The notes under the pieces were generated by a model, which ran no database searches, was not told the origin of the DNA, and was given only the letters and a program-made list of their open reading frames with translations. A program made the position numbers and the translations under genes. A DNA stretch of 48,425 nt from an uncultured Clostridia bacterium (GTDB lineage: Bacteria > Bacillota > Clostridia > UBA1381 > CAJOGA01): positions 1 to 48,425 of the forward strand of contig CAJOGA010000007.1 in NCBI GenBank assembly GCA_905233855.1, written 5' to 3'. How positions within the stretch are numbered: position 1 is the first letter of the stretch; each line of letters opens with the position of its first letter. This document shows, one piece after another, positions 28,498-38,038 of the stretch.

Positions 28498-28534
28498 CAA
28501 AAAAGCAGATGCGAAAATTCGCATCTGCTTTTTG
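28498..28534. terminator. Bidirectional intrinsic terminator after the 1472-aa surface protein gene
   Basis: AGCAGATGCGAA pairs with TTCGCATCTGCT (12 bp). It is flanked by an A-run and a T-run. Confidence 0.8.
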
Positions 28535-28544
28535 AAGTATTATC

Positions 28545-31500
28545 TTATTTATACTCAAGCTGAACAAAGTCGTACGATATTTCACCGGTGTTAATCTCAA
28601 GTGTTACTTTGTTTTCACCGGTTTTAAGCAGTGATTTGTCAAACTCGATAGGATTAAATATCAGTTTGCCGTATGAGTGAGTTCTCATAACCATTGAGTC
28701 ATCACCGGAGTAATCTAATGTGTCAACCAATGTACCGTTGACATATACCTTAAGTCCGTAACTTCCTGTGTTACGTGAACTGCAGGTTGTAACAGTGAGC
28801 ACAGGCTGACCTTCAGGTATCTCGTCCATATCCCAGATAATATTGAACGGAACAGGTGTTTGGCGTGCCGTATCCATCCTTATCTGAGCATAGTTCCAGT
28901 CATATTTAGGCAAGCTTTCACCAACCTTGAACTCAACGTCGTTCGGGAATCTTAAAGCATAATAGTGAAGCATTTCCCAACCGAAGTTTTTCTCTGAATC
29001 ATAGAGCCATGTTCTGTCAGCGTCGCCCACACGCCATGCAAGCTTTCCGTTTGAATATTCTTCAAACACAATAGTGCCGACATCGGTGTTAAGCGCTGTT
29101 TCAACAACAACATTTTCCTTTGCAACTTCGCCCGGATAACCTTCTTTCCATACGGTTACGGTGTATGTATCGGCATGAACATTGTCTATGCTCCAATAAC
29201 CGTTTTCGTCCGCACGTGTCCAGTATTGATATGGGCTGTTGCTCTGGCACCATGTTACATAGCGTTCGTCCTTTTTGCCTCCTGTTTCGCCAGGCATATT
29301 TACAACAACATAAGCGCCCTTAGGAGATGAACCGTCAAACATTTCAACTTTACCGCTTACAGAACCACGTTCAAAGTAATGATCGTCTTCCATCCATGCA
29401 TAAGGCCATTTTTCCTGCTCATAAGCAAGCTTGTTCTTAGCGTCTTCATATTTTTCTATGAGTGTGTCGCCCTTATTGAAATATATCATTATAGGACCGT
29501 ACACCTTATGGTACTTACCTTCCGGAATCGGACGTTCCGACCATGTAAAGTATTCGCCTTCAAACATAGTATTATCGTTCTTAAGAAGCTTACACAACGA
29601 ATCTTTTGATACCGTCAGGTTCCACAAGCCCAACTGATCGTTTGCATTACCGCTTATAGATGTATCAAGCTGATACGGGTTGTGTTCGTGTTTAGCTTCA
29701 AGCTCACCGTTTTGGTTACGGTAAACAGACTGATAAATATCTTTTCTGCCGTATTCGGTGTCTATCGGTTCAGATTTATTAATGAAATTAATATTGAACT
29801 GAAGTTTATCATGTACTATCTGATATTCCCAAAGGTCTGAACTCTTTCTGAACATAGGTGCACCGTATAAGTGCGAGCAAGCAGCTGTGCCTTCTGCCTT
29901 GTCAATAGTATAATACAGATAGAATCCGCTTTCGCCTCTCGGTATTCTGTAAACTACCTCCAAAGTATAAGGGAACAACTCTGTAGGAGCATATGTGTAT
30001 GCATATTCGGCATAATCGGCATTTGCAGTTTTTAAACCGCGGCTTCTTGCACCGTCATGCTCTTTTATACCGCCGGATGCACCGGAATTCCATGTAATAA
30101 AGCCATAACCTTCCAACAAACTCTTATTGCTGTCGTAGGTTGTCATCTTTTTAACGCCGGCCCATGAGTTGTTATCGCCTGCATCGAACATCAAATTAAT
30201 GTTACCGTTGCTTATTTGTACAACCTTATTCGGCGGGATAGGATCGCCGTATTTGTATTCAACACCGTCTATAATTGTTACAACGTCCTGATTGCTGTCG
30301 TTGTAAGGGTTAAGAGTAGGTGTTACTTCCTTATCAGGCGTGCCGCCGAGATCCTTTATAGCAACATACGCTCTTTCCGCAACATACGGATTGCTGTGGT
30401 CAAGCAGCTTTTGCAGTGCAGGAATTGCAACTTTTGCTTTTTCTTCCAGATTAGGATTTTGTCCCTTTCTGCCTAATGTATCTGCCGCACGCAAAACAAT
30501 GTCTATATCAGAATTGGAAAGTGCATTGATAAGTGCGTTGACAGACGCTTCGTCATTTGTCATTTCAAGTATATCCTGTGCCTTGTTAAGCAGGTTACGT
30601 GTAACTCTCATAGCCTTTGTTTTGAAAGCAAGAGTCCATGCATCTTTTTCAACAAGATCCTCCCTGTCTAACAGGTATAACGCACGCAAAGCATACAAAC
30701 GCACGTCTTCATCTTCGTCAGGATTGTTTGCCAGCATTGCCATGTTGCCGGCAGAAAGCTGATTCAATCTGCCATATACCAATTCCATGAATGCTTTATC
30801 CGTCTTGCCGACATCATATTCTTTGGTATCGAATATAACAAAGTCGGACAATACTCTTATAGCACGGGTTTTTTCTTCCTTATCCGTACTGTTGAGCATT
30901 ACATCAAGCATGGAGTTGAACACTTGGTACGGTGTGATGTCTGCAAACATCATTATTTCAAGTGCTTCTTCACGGTAGTAATAATAATCCTGAAGCATAG
31001 CGTCGATAAATGTCTGACCTATGCTTGCACCCGCTTTGTCAGAGTGCATGTTATACAAAGTTTTGTCTGTACCCTTTATCTGTGCACCCAAAGCGTAGAA
31101 CATGATTTGTGCAACCAAACCTCTTGTTGCCTCTTCGCCTGTGTGTACGTTCAAGCCTCTGGAGATATATTTTTCGTTACCTATTTGAATATATCCCATA
31201 GGGTAGCCGCCTTTTGCGACTGCATCGTCGTTATAGCCGAGTGCGGCAACAACCATCTTGACTGCCTGTTCTTCCTTGATAGGATCTTCCGGGCCGAATG
31301 TTCCGTCGCCGTAACCGTTGATTATGCCGGCTGCGTATGCCGCTCCGATGTTGCCTGTTGCCCAGTGGTCGCTTGGAACATCGGTAAATTCTGTTGTTAC
31401 AGGCTTGTCTTCAAGCTTGAATGCTCTTGATACGATTGCCGCAAATTCTGCTCTTGTAATCGTGTTGTCCGGCTTGAATGTGCCGTCCGGATAACCGTTT

Positions 31501-32963
31501 ATAAGCCCCAGATTGTTTAATGTTAAAGCGGCTATTTCTGCCGGGTGGCCATTAAAATGTATCGAGCCTTTTGGATCAGGTTCGCCCACCATATCAGAAA
31601 ATTTATGGTCCACAACCTTTGCCGTGAGCTTCAAAACAGGACGCAGCTCATCAGGCTGAACTGTTCCGTCCGGATCGTATATTTTGAAATTAGTAATATC
31701 AAACGTTCCGGCACCGTTACCCATTTCTATTGAAAGTTTGTTTATTTCCAAAGGCACTCTTACATCGTACTGAGCAACCGTATAAATTTCTTCGCCGTCT
31801 ACAGATACTGTGTATTCCTTTTCGTATGTGTTGAATACTGCCTTGAAATGACGCCATACGCCCTCAGGCTGAATGTTCTTGCCGCCTATATGGAAGCGGT
31901 ATGTAGTGAACAGGTCTGAGTTAACGTTACCGTTTCTGTTGAAGTGATAACGCATTACAAATGAGCCGTTGCCCGAAAGATAAACTGATTTATTTGAGTT
32001 AACACCGTTATTGTTTGAACGGTAGTCAAACTCAACCGTTATGTTTTCACCTTCTCTTATAGGTGTAGGCAACTCTACATTGTATCTTGTGTAGCCTGTT
32101 AAACCCAAATAGTTGCCGTATGTATCGTCTTTTGCTTTGTCTGCCTCATTTGTTACCCATGCAGGCCATGTATCAAAGTTTTCTTCATAGTACACAACCT
32201 CTTTGCCTGTTTTAATCTGCGGAGTTTGAGTAGGCAAAGGAGTCGGTGTTGGAAATCTTTGAACAGTTTCGTATTTTGTTGGTATTTTAGGAGTAGGAAT
32301 AACGCTTTGCTTGCCGTCTAATCTATATACAGCCAAGTTGTCAAGTGCCAGATATCCCGTTTTGGCGTCGGTACGGATTATTATATAGTTCAGATTAGGC
32401 GCAGGGTCATTAGTTGTGAGCTTCATTGTGCCTCTTTCTTCACCGTTTAACGACACTGTGTATGTTTTTTCCGGAACATTAAACTCTATCGAGATATGAT
32501 TCCAAACATCAGGCTCAAACGCACCGAGATTCTTATCGCCTTCGCCTTGTGAAGGTGCTTCTATAGAGCCGTTTTTTGCAAAGTAAACTCTTGCAATACT
32601 GCCTCCGTTTGCACCGTCTGACAAGAAAATATATTTATTGGTGCCTTGGGTTTCGTTGTCTGCCATGACATCAAATTCCATAACAACCTTACCGGTGTAT
32701 ATGCCTTCAAAGCCTTGCTTCAAGATGGTTGCACCATCGTCTGCGTTAAGCTTTAAATATGATGTATGCTCTTCGTCCGACAAAATTCCGTATTCGCCGC
32801 TGCCGTTAGTTCTGGACCAGTTATCTTTTGTCTCAAAGCTATCATAAAAAATGAGAGAGCCCGGTATAGAACTACCTTCAAAATTTGCACCGTGAACTAC
32901 GGTTATCATGCTGAGCGTCATAACAAGCGCCAGTATGATAGATGTGATTTTTTTTGCATTCAT
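28545..32963 (-). CDS. Giant SLH-anchored surface protein: two lectin/LamG-like domains, SLH repeats, HEAT-like repeats and a PL4-like (rhamnogalacturonan lyase-like) C-terminal region
   Basis: Signal peptide MNAKKITSIILALVMTLSMITVVHGA. SLH motifs (GLINGYPDGTFKPDNTITRAEFAAIV; FTDVPSDHWATGNIGAAYAAGIINGYGDGTFGP). HEAT-like repeats (VNALINALSNSDIDIVLRAADTLGRKG..AIPALQKLLDHSNPYVAERA). The C-terminus shows YQYWTRADENGYWSIDNVHADTYTVTVWKEGYPGE and LAWRVGDADRTW, as in PL4 domains II/III. Confidence 0.8.
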   Translation of the reverse strand: MNAKKITSIILALVMTLSMITVVHGANFEGSSIPGSLIFYDSFETKDNWSRTNGSGEYGILSDEEHTSYLKLNADDGATILKQGFEGIYTGKVVMEFDVMADNETQGTNKYIFLSDGANGGSIARVYFAKNGSIEAPSQGEGDKNLGAFEPDVWNHISIEFNVPEKTYTVSLNGEERGTMKLTTNDPAPNLNYIIIRTDAKTGYLALDNLAVYRLDGKQSVIPTPKIPTKYETVQRFPTPTPLPTQTPQIKTGKEVVYYEENFDTWPAWVTNEADKAKDDTYGNYLGLTGYTRYNVELPTPIREGENITVEFDYRSNNNGVNSNKSVYLSGNGSFVMRYHFNRNGNVNSDLFTTYRFHIGGKNIQPEGVWRHFKAVFNTYEKEYTVSVDGEEIYTVAQYDVRVPLEINKLSIEMGNGAGTFDITNFKIYDPDGTVQPDELRPVLKLTAKVVDHKFSDMVGEPDPKGSIHFNGHPAEIAALTLNNLGLINGYPDGTFKPDNTITRAEFAAIVSRAFKLEDKPVTTEFTDVPSDHWATGNIGAAYAAGIINGYGDGTFGPEDPIKEEQAVKMVVAALGYNDDAVAKGGYPMGYIQIGNEKYISRGLNVHTGEEATRGLVAQIMFYALGAQIKGTDKTLYNMHSDKAGASIGQTFIDAMLQDYYYYREEALEIMMFADITPYQVFNSMLDVMLNSTDKEEKTRAIRVLSDFVIFDTKEYDVGKTDKAFMELVYGRLNQLSAGNMAMLANNPDEDEDVRLYALRALYLLDREDLVEKDAWTLAFKTKAMRVTRNLLNKAQDILEMTNDEASVNALINALSNSDIDIVLRAADTLGRKGQNPNLEEKAKVAIPALQKLLDHSNPYVAERAYVAIKDLGGTPDKEVTPTLNPYNDSNQDVVTIIDGVEYKYGDPIPPNKVVQISNGNINLMFDAGDNNSWAGVKKMTTYDSNKSLLEGYGFITWNSGASGGIKEHDGARSRGLKTANADYAEYAYTYAPTELFPYTLEVVYRIPRGESGFYLYYTIDKAEGTAACSHLYGAPMFRKSSDLWEYQIVHDKLQFNINFINKSEPIDTEYGRKDIYQSVYRNQNGELEAKHEHNPYQLDTSISGNANDQLGLWNLTVSKDSLCKLLKNDNTMFEGEYFTWSERPIPEGKYHKVYGPIMIYFNKGDTLIEKYEDAKNKLAYEQEKWPYAWMEDDHYFERGSVSGKVEMFDGSSPKGAYVVVNMPGETGGKKDERYVTWCQSNSPYQYWTRADENGYWSIDNVHADTYTVTVWKEGYPGEVAKENVVVETALNTDVGTIVFEEYSNGKLAWRVGDADRTWLYDSEKNFGWEMLHYYALRFPNDVEFKVGESLPKYDWNYAQIRMDTARQTPVPFNIIWDMDEIPEGQPVLTVTTCSSRNTGSYGLKVYVNGTLVDTLDYSGDDSMVMRTHSYGKLIFNPIEFDKSLLKTGENKVTLEINTGEISYDFVQLEYK

Positions 32964-33021
32964 AGCAAATTAACCGCCTTTCTTTAAATACGTATATGCA
33001 AAGCATATTACTACTTTTAAT

Positions 33022-33050
33022 ATAATACCACAATATGATTTTATTGTAAA
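33022..33050 (-). promoter_or_regulatory. Candidate promoter for the 1472-aa surface protein gene
   Basis: On the minus strand: TTTACA (33050-33045), 17-nt spacer, TGgTATTAT, an extended -10 (33027-33022). Confidence 0.45.
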
Positions 33051-33096
33051 GGCACAAATATAAAAAAGAAAAAGATTTATTTTTGTTTAAATAGAC

Positions 33097-33139
33097 AAAA
33101 AATATCAGGTATGCCCGATGCAGGTATGCCTGATATTTT
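33097..33139 (-). terminator. Possible terminator after the AI-2E transporter gene
   Basis: AAAATATCAGG pairs with CCTGATATTTT around a 19-nt loop that contains a direct repeat of CAGGTATGCC. The A/T runs are part of the stem. Confidence 0.4.
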
Positions 33140-33145
33140 AATTTT

Positions 33146-34339
33146 TTAAAGAATCTCGTCCTCGGCAGACGCATAATCATTTGTGTCAGTACTCATTTGT
33201 TTATCTGTAAGCCGCTTGTTCACAAACAATCGCATCAGATAATACAACACCGAAAACAGCGGTACGCCGACAAACATGCCCATTATTCCGAACAAACTTC
33301 CGAACAGCACTATGGCAAATATTACCCAAAACGCCGACAGTCCTGTTGATTTACCAAGTATTTTAGGGCCTAAAATATTGCCGTCAAACTGTTGAAGAAT
33401 AAGGACAAATATCAAAAACCAAAGCGTTTTCCCCGGCGATATCATCAGCAATATAAGCGTGGCTACCACCGCACCTATAACCGGTCCGAAATACGGAATT
33501 ATATTCGTAAGCCCTATAATAAAGCTGATAAACAACGCATACGGTATTCTTAAAACGGTCATTCCCGCAAAACACAGCACGCCTATTATGGCGGAATCCA
33601 ACAGCTTGCCCACTATAAATTTTGAAAAAATATCGTTGCCGGTATGCGTTATATCTATCATATACTCAACGTATTTTTCAGGAAACACTGCATAGAGCAC
33701 TTTTTTGGTCTGTGCAAAAAAACGTTCTTTATCCATAAGCATGTATATCGACACTATAACCGCTATGACGGTGTTTGATATGCCCGATGTCAGCTGTTTT
33801 GTGAAATTGATAATGTAAGGCATTGCGGTATTTAACAGGTTAGCCGCCTTATACATAAGCTCCTCCGACTGTTCAAGCAACGAATACACCGTAGATTCTA
33901 TAAAGCCGGAATCATCCACATAGCTCATCCAACCGGAAAGGATATTCGGAAAATCAGCCACATACTTTGACAGCACCTCGCTCACAGCTGTCAGGCTTTT
34001 CACTATTTGCGGAAATATTACCCACGAAAACAGTGCCAAAACGGCTACAAGCAAAATATATGTTATTAATATTCCCAAGGTGCGTTTCAGTTTGGGCTTC
34101 GGTTTTTTGCGTTCAAAAACGGCATGTATTCCCTTTTCAACCCATTTAAGCACGGGATTAAGCAAATACGCAATACAAAACGCAAGCAAAAACGGCGTGA
34201 ATATTCCGGCAAAGCGTCCTATCCACGCAAGAAAGCCCTGCAAATTATTCAAAACAATGTAAAATACTATTGATGCCGCCACAACAATAAAACCGTATAC
34301 CGCTATAGTGGTGTATTTTTTATTCCAATCAATCTTCAA
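33146..34339 (-). CDS. AI-2E family transporter (PerM/YhhT-like permease)
   Basis: 397 aa with about 8 TM segments and a family-typical C-terminal region (IPYFGPVIGAV..LILQQFDGNILGPKILG). TTG start with AAAGGAAG 6 nt upstream. Confidence 0.9.
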   Translation of the reverse strand: MKIDWNKKYTTIAVYGFIVVAASIVFYIVLNNLQGFLAWIGRFAGIFTPFLLAFCIAYLLNPVLKWVEKGIHAVFERKKPKPKLKRTLGILITYILLVAVLALFSWVIFPQIVKSLTAVSEVLSKYVADFPNILSGWMSYVDDSGFIESTVYSLLEQSEELMYKAANLLNTAMPYIINFTKQLTSGISNTVIAVIVSIYMLMDKERFFAQTKKVLYAVFPEKYVEYMIDITHTGNDIFSKFIVGKLLDSAIIGVLCFAGMTVLRIPYALFISFIIGLTNIIPYFGPVIGAVVATLILLMISPGKTLWFLIFVLILQQFDGNILGPKILGKSTGLSAFWVIFAIVLFGSLFGIMGMFVGVPLFSVLYYLMRLFVNKRLTDKQMSTDTNDYASAEDEIL

Positions 34340-34524
34340 CTTCGTCTTCCTTTCACATCAAATCTCCGTTACATTGCATATCACAATATATTTTATCACT
34401 ATGACGAATTGTGTCAAGAATTATTTTGCCGAAAAAAACTGTCCGAAAATTAAAATAAGATAAAAAAACATAATGATATATTCATAACACCAAAAATATT
34501 TTTATATGTGTTTTACACTTTGAG

Positions 34525-34617
34525 TTTTCCACTTATCCACAAGGTTATCCACATAAAAGCTGCCGTTTTAAGCTGAAAATACAAGTTTTCCACACACCTT
34601 TGCAAAAAATATCCACC
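34525..34617 (+). promoter_or_regulatory. DnaA-box cluster (five boxes, all same orientation)
   Basis: TTTTCCACT 34525-34533; TTATCCACA 34533-34541 (perfect); TTATCCACA 34545-34553 (perfect); TTTTCCACA 34586-34594 (1 mismatch); ATATCCACC 34609-34617 (2 mismatches). About 160 bp of very AT-rich DNA follows. Confidence 0.6.
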
Positions 34618-34687
34618 GTCTTTTTACTCTTTATTTCAACATTTTTTAACTCATAAAAATAAATATTTTTGAATTATCTGAATAATT

Positions 34688-34717
34688 TTGTTGCATTTTC
34701 CGTTTAAATAATATAAT
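34688..34717 (+). promoter_or_regulatory. Candidate promoter for the aminotransferase gene
   Basis: TTGTTG (34688-34693), 18-nt spacer, TATAAT (34712-34717). Confidence 0.35.
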
Positions 34718-34797
34718 ATATATGCATATGATTTATTAATAAAACTACATTAATATTTATAAGATACATAGACGTAAATTTATTGGAGGTTAAATAC

Positions 34798-35991
34798 ATG
34801 ACACAAGTTTCAAATAAAGCGGGAAATGTAAGTCCGTCTTCCACTCTGTCTATAGACGCAAAGTTCAAAGCTATGAAAGCACAGGGCATCGACGTTGTGG
34901 GCTTTGGTGCCGGCGAACCTGATTTTGACACGCCCGACCATATCAAACAAGCCGCCATAAAGGCAATTAACGACGGCTTTACCAAATACACTCCTGCGGC
35001 AGGCACTTTGCAGCTGCGTCAGGCAATATGCGATAAATTAAAAAGAGACAATTCGCTCACATACGAGCCTTCTCAGATCGTGGTTTCAAACGGTGCAAAA
35101 CATTCATTAATGAATGTGTTTATGGCAATTTGCAATCCCGGCGACGAAGTCATCATCCCTGCTCCGTATTGGGTAAGCTATCCGGAAATGGTTAAACTTG
35201 CAGACGGCGTGCCGGTCATAGTAGACTGTCCGGAAAGCAATAACTTCAAGATAACGGCAAAGCAGTTCAAAAACGCAATAACTCCGAAAACAAAGGCTTT
35301 TGTGTTGAACAGTCCGTCAAACCCTACAGGTGCAACATACACAGCTGACGAGCTTAAAGAAATAGCCGATGTTGCCGTTGAAAATAACATCTACATAGTA
35401 TCGGACGAAATATACGAATGTCTGGTGTACGAAGGTAAGCCGGTAAGTATAGCATCGCTGAACGATAAAATCAAAAACCTCACTGTTGTTGTTAACGGCA
35501 TGTCCAAAGCATACGCAATGACAGGCTGGCGTATAGGCTACACAGCGTCAAACAGCGACATAGCAAAGGTTATGGCAAACATACAAAGCCACGCAACTTC
35601 AAACCCGAACTCCATTGCACAGGCTGCTGCCGTTGCGGCTCTTGAAGGCGGAAACGAATGTGTGGACAGTATGAGAAAAGCTTTTACCGAGCGTCGCAAC
35701 TACATGGTTGAACGCATGAACAAAATCGACGGTGTGTCATGTCCGACGCCTCACGGTGCGTTCTATGTTATGATGAACATATCCAAGCTCAAGGGCAAAA
35801 CATTCTACGGCGTTAAAATAAACACGTCGGACGATTTTGCACAGGTTTTTCTGGACGTGGCAAAGGTTGCCGTAGTTCCGACCAGCGGTTTTGGTAACGA
35901 CGACTACGTAAGATGGTCTTATGCAACAAGCATGGAAAACATCAAAGAAGGTTTGGACCGTTTGGAAAAATTCCTTAAACATGAATTATAA
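34798..35991 (+). CDS. Aspartate aminotransferase (class I PLP-dependent aminotransferase)
   Basis: Shows GAGEPDFDTP, YTPAAG, NSPSNPTG and the PLP-lysine motif MSKAYAMTGWRIGY. ATG 34798 has GGAGG 8 nt upstream. The track start at 34783 is TTG lying within the RBS. Confidence 0.9.
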   Translation: MTQVSNKAGNVSPSSTLSIDAKFKAMKAQGIDVVGFGAGEPDFDTPDHIKQAAIKAINDGFTKYTPAAGTLQLRQAICDKLKRDNSLTYEPSQIVVSNGAKHSLMNVFMAICNPGDEVIIPAPYWVSYPEMVKLADGVPVIVDCPESNNFKITAKQFKNAITPKTKAFVLNSPSNPTGATYTADELKEIADVAVENNIYIVSDEIYECLVYEGKPVSIASLNDKIKNLTVVVNGMSKAYAMTGWRIGYTASNSDIAKVMANIQSHATSNPNSIAQAAAVAALEGGNECVDSMRKAFTERRNYMVERMNKIDGVSCPTPHGAFYVMMNISKLKGKTFYGVKINTSDDFAQVFLDVAKVAVVPTSGFGNDDYVRWSYATSMENIKEGLDRLEKFLKHEL

Positions 35992-36075
35992 TTTTCAAGC
36001 TTTATCAAAATGTCTGTTAAATAAAAGGTTATAAAAAAACCGGGGCATAAATAATCACAATTATTACAAAAACAC

Positions 36076-36104
36076 TTGTAATATAGACATACAAATGGTA
36101 CAAT
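36076..36104 (+). promoter_or_regulatory. Candidate promoter for the 36.1-kb SLH protein gene
   Basis: TTGTAA (36076-36081), 17-nt spacer, TGgTACAAT (36099-36104). Confidence 0.45.
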
Positions 36105-36153
36105 ACGGTTCACGTGAGAAACTACAAATTATATGGAAAGGATAACAATTATC

Positions 36154-37782
36154 ATGAACAAAAAGATTATTTCAATCATTCTTGTGCTTTTAATGGCACT
36201 ATCTCTTTTACCTGCGTCTGCTATGGCGGCAACCGATGCAAGCAATGGGGATTGGAGTGCAAAAACAGTTACATTGAGGAACACATCAGAAGCCGAATTG
36301 ATGGTGCGTGTTGGGGACATTGATGCACTCAATGACGAATATGCTATTGAAGACGGCTATAATCCTTTTACCGCTGTAAATCAGCACGCCCATAGTTATC
36401 CGTGGGTAAATGACAGCACTGACCCTGTGGGGACAGACCGCATTTATGTCGGCTCAAGCAGGAGTGTCGATGTCTGTGATGGCTACAGCGGACATTTTAT
36501 GAACTATCGAAATGGTGACGACACCGAAAATGCTTATGGTGATGGGGCTTTGGAAATCACAATGAGCTACGACGCTTCGGGCATCACCGTCAGAAACGCG
36601 CTGCTCCAGCTCTGCATTGATGATTTTCAGGCACTGAGCTTTGAAAGCAATTATACGGTTAAAATAAACGGCAAAGACGCGCCCTTTATTGCGGAACTAT
36701 TAAATCACGTTGACCAGACTGGTCCGACTTCCTATATTACTTCAGCAATTATCCCTACGAGCTTCTATTCTGACATTTCCTCTGGACGTTTCGAGATTAC
36801 AATAGATGAAACGACTGGCTGTGGAGATGGTTTTGCAGTAGACTTCGCAAAACTGCTTATAAATTACAAAAACGATGTTTTTACGGGAAGATTTACAGGT
36901 ACAACAAATCCGAATGCCACGGTTCGGCTCTTAGGTACGTCAACAACGGTAAAGGCGTCGGCAACAGGCGGATTTGAATTTGAAGCTGTGCCCGGACTTA
37001 ATGCGGTTCGAGCCTCCTTGGATGGGTATGTCGAGGGATATGATTTTGGAATTGTGTTTTCTGAAAACAACACATTGAGTGAGTATGACGAAAAATGGGC
37101 TCCGGATATCACCCTCTATAGTGGTGTTGGAAATCCTGATATAGATTTTTCTCAATTTGGCGTCACAGCGGCTTGGGAAAATGCCTCCCAATGGGCTTTG
37201 GCTGAACTTGCGGAGGCAGACAGACTTGGGCTTATCCCCGACAATCTGAAAGACGCTGACCTTACAAAGCCGATTACAAGAGCAGAGTTTGCCGCTGTGA
37301 GTGTTAAAGTATATGAAGCCCTTTCAGGCGAAAAAGCAAGCCCTGTTGCGGTAAATCCATTTACAGATACAAATGATGCAGAGGTACTCAAGGCATATCA
37401 AGTTGGTATTACTACGGGAACAAGCGCAACCACTTTCGACCCTAATACATTGCTGAACAGAGAACAAGCGGCAACAATGCTGACAAGGGTATATAAGAAG
37501 ATTTCGATTGCCGGTTGGGAAATGAGCAAGGACGGTGAATTTGCAGGCACTTTTAATGCTATGTTCACTATGCCTTCGCCTTTTGCGGATGACGCAGTTA
37601 TTTCGGATTGGGCAAAGCCGAGCGTTTACTTTATGGTGGCAAATGGTATCATAAACGGTGTTGGAGATAATACTTTTGCACCGAGAGCAACAACTGACGC
37701 AGAAGTAGCCATCGGATATGCACAAGCAACCCGTGAACAGGCTCTTGCTATTGCAACAAGAATGGTAAATAACTTAAAATAA
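36154..37782 (+). CDS. Secreted protein with unknown N-terminal domain, CarboxypepD_reg-like beta-sandwich and three C-terminal SLH repeats
   Basis: Signal peptide MNKKIISIILVLLMALSLLPASAMA. SLH motifs (ITRAEFAAVSVKVYEAL; FTDTNDAEVLKAYQVGITTGTSATTFDPNTLLNREQAATML; ANGIINGVGDNTFAPRATT). The start at 36154 is preferred over 36133, but that choice is uncertain. Confidence 0.8.
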   Translation: MNKKIISIILVLLMALSLLPASAMAATDASNGDWSAKTVTLRNTSEAELMVRVGDIDALNDEYAIEDGYNPFTAVNQHAHSYPWVNDSTDPVGTDRIYVGSSRSVDVCDGYSGHFMNYRNGDDTENAYGDGALEITMSYDASGITVRNALLQLCIDDFQALSFESNYTVKINGKDAPFIAELLNHVDQTGPTSYITSAIIPTSFYSDISSGRFEITIDETTGCGDGFAVDFAKLLINYKNDVFTGRFTGTTNPNATVRLLGTSTTVKASATGGFEFEAVPGLNAVRASLDGYVEGYDFGIVFSENNTLSEYDEKWAPDITLYSGVGNPDIDFSQFGVTAAWENASQWALAELAEADRLGLIPDNLKDADLTKPITRAEFAAVSVKVYEALSGEKASPVAVNPFTDTNDAEVLKAYQVGITTGTSATTFDPNTLLNREQAATMLTRVYKKISIAGWEMSKDGEFAGTFNAMFTMPSPFADDAVISDWAKPSVYFMVANGIINGVGDNTFAPRATTDAEVAIGYAQATREQALAIATRMVNNLK

Positions 37783-37835
37783 TGTTTTCAATACGGACTT
37801 TTAGCTTTATCAAACAGTATTAGAGGCGTTATATT

Positions 37836-37880
37836 TCCCCAAAGATTACATTTGCTAACGTAGTCTTTGGGGATTTTTTT
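37836..37880 (+). terminator. Intrinsic terminator
   Basis: TCCCCAAAGA (37836-37845) pairs with TCTTTGGGGA (37864-37873) and is followed by TTTTTTT. Confidence 0.8.
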
Positions 37881-37966
37881 ATCGTATAGGCTTGATATCA
37901 GTAAATGCTTTTGCTTTTTATTTGTGCCTGTTTCACATGTTTTTTTATTAAAATGAATTTTTTTTG

Positions 37967-37994
37967 TTGAAAAGTGTATAAAATATGGTAATAT
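37967..37994 (+). promoter_or_regulatory. Candidate promoter for the lipoprotein paralogue
   Basis: TTGAAA (37967-37972), 16-nt spacer, TGgTAATAT (37989-37994). Confidence 0.4.
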
Positions 37995-38038
37995 ATTTTT
38001 ATAGAGCAAATAATAAGCAGACAGACAGGAGGGCGAAT

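Noticed and set aside
34340-34797. Interpretation of the DnaA-box spacer as the chromosomal oriC
   Set aside because: No dnaA, dnaN or rpmH is nearby, and a comparable minus-to-plus strand switch also occurs at 10.6-11.0 kb. I therefore keep it only as a DnaA-box cluster or regulatory-site hypothesis until GC skew is computed.
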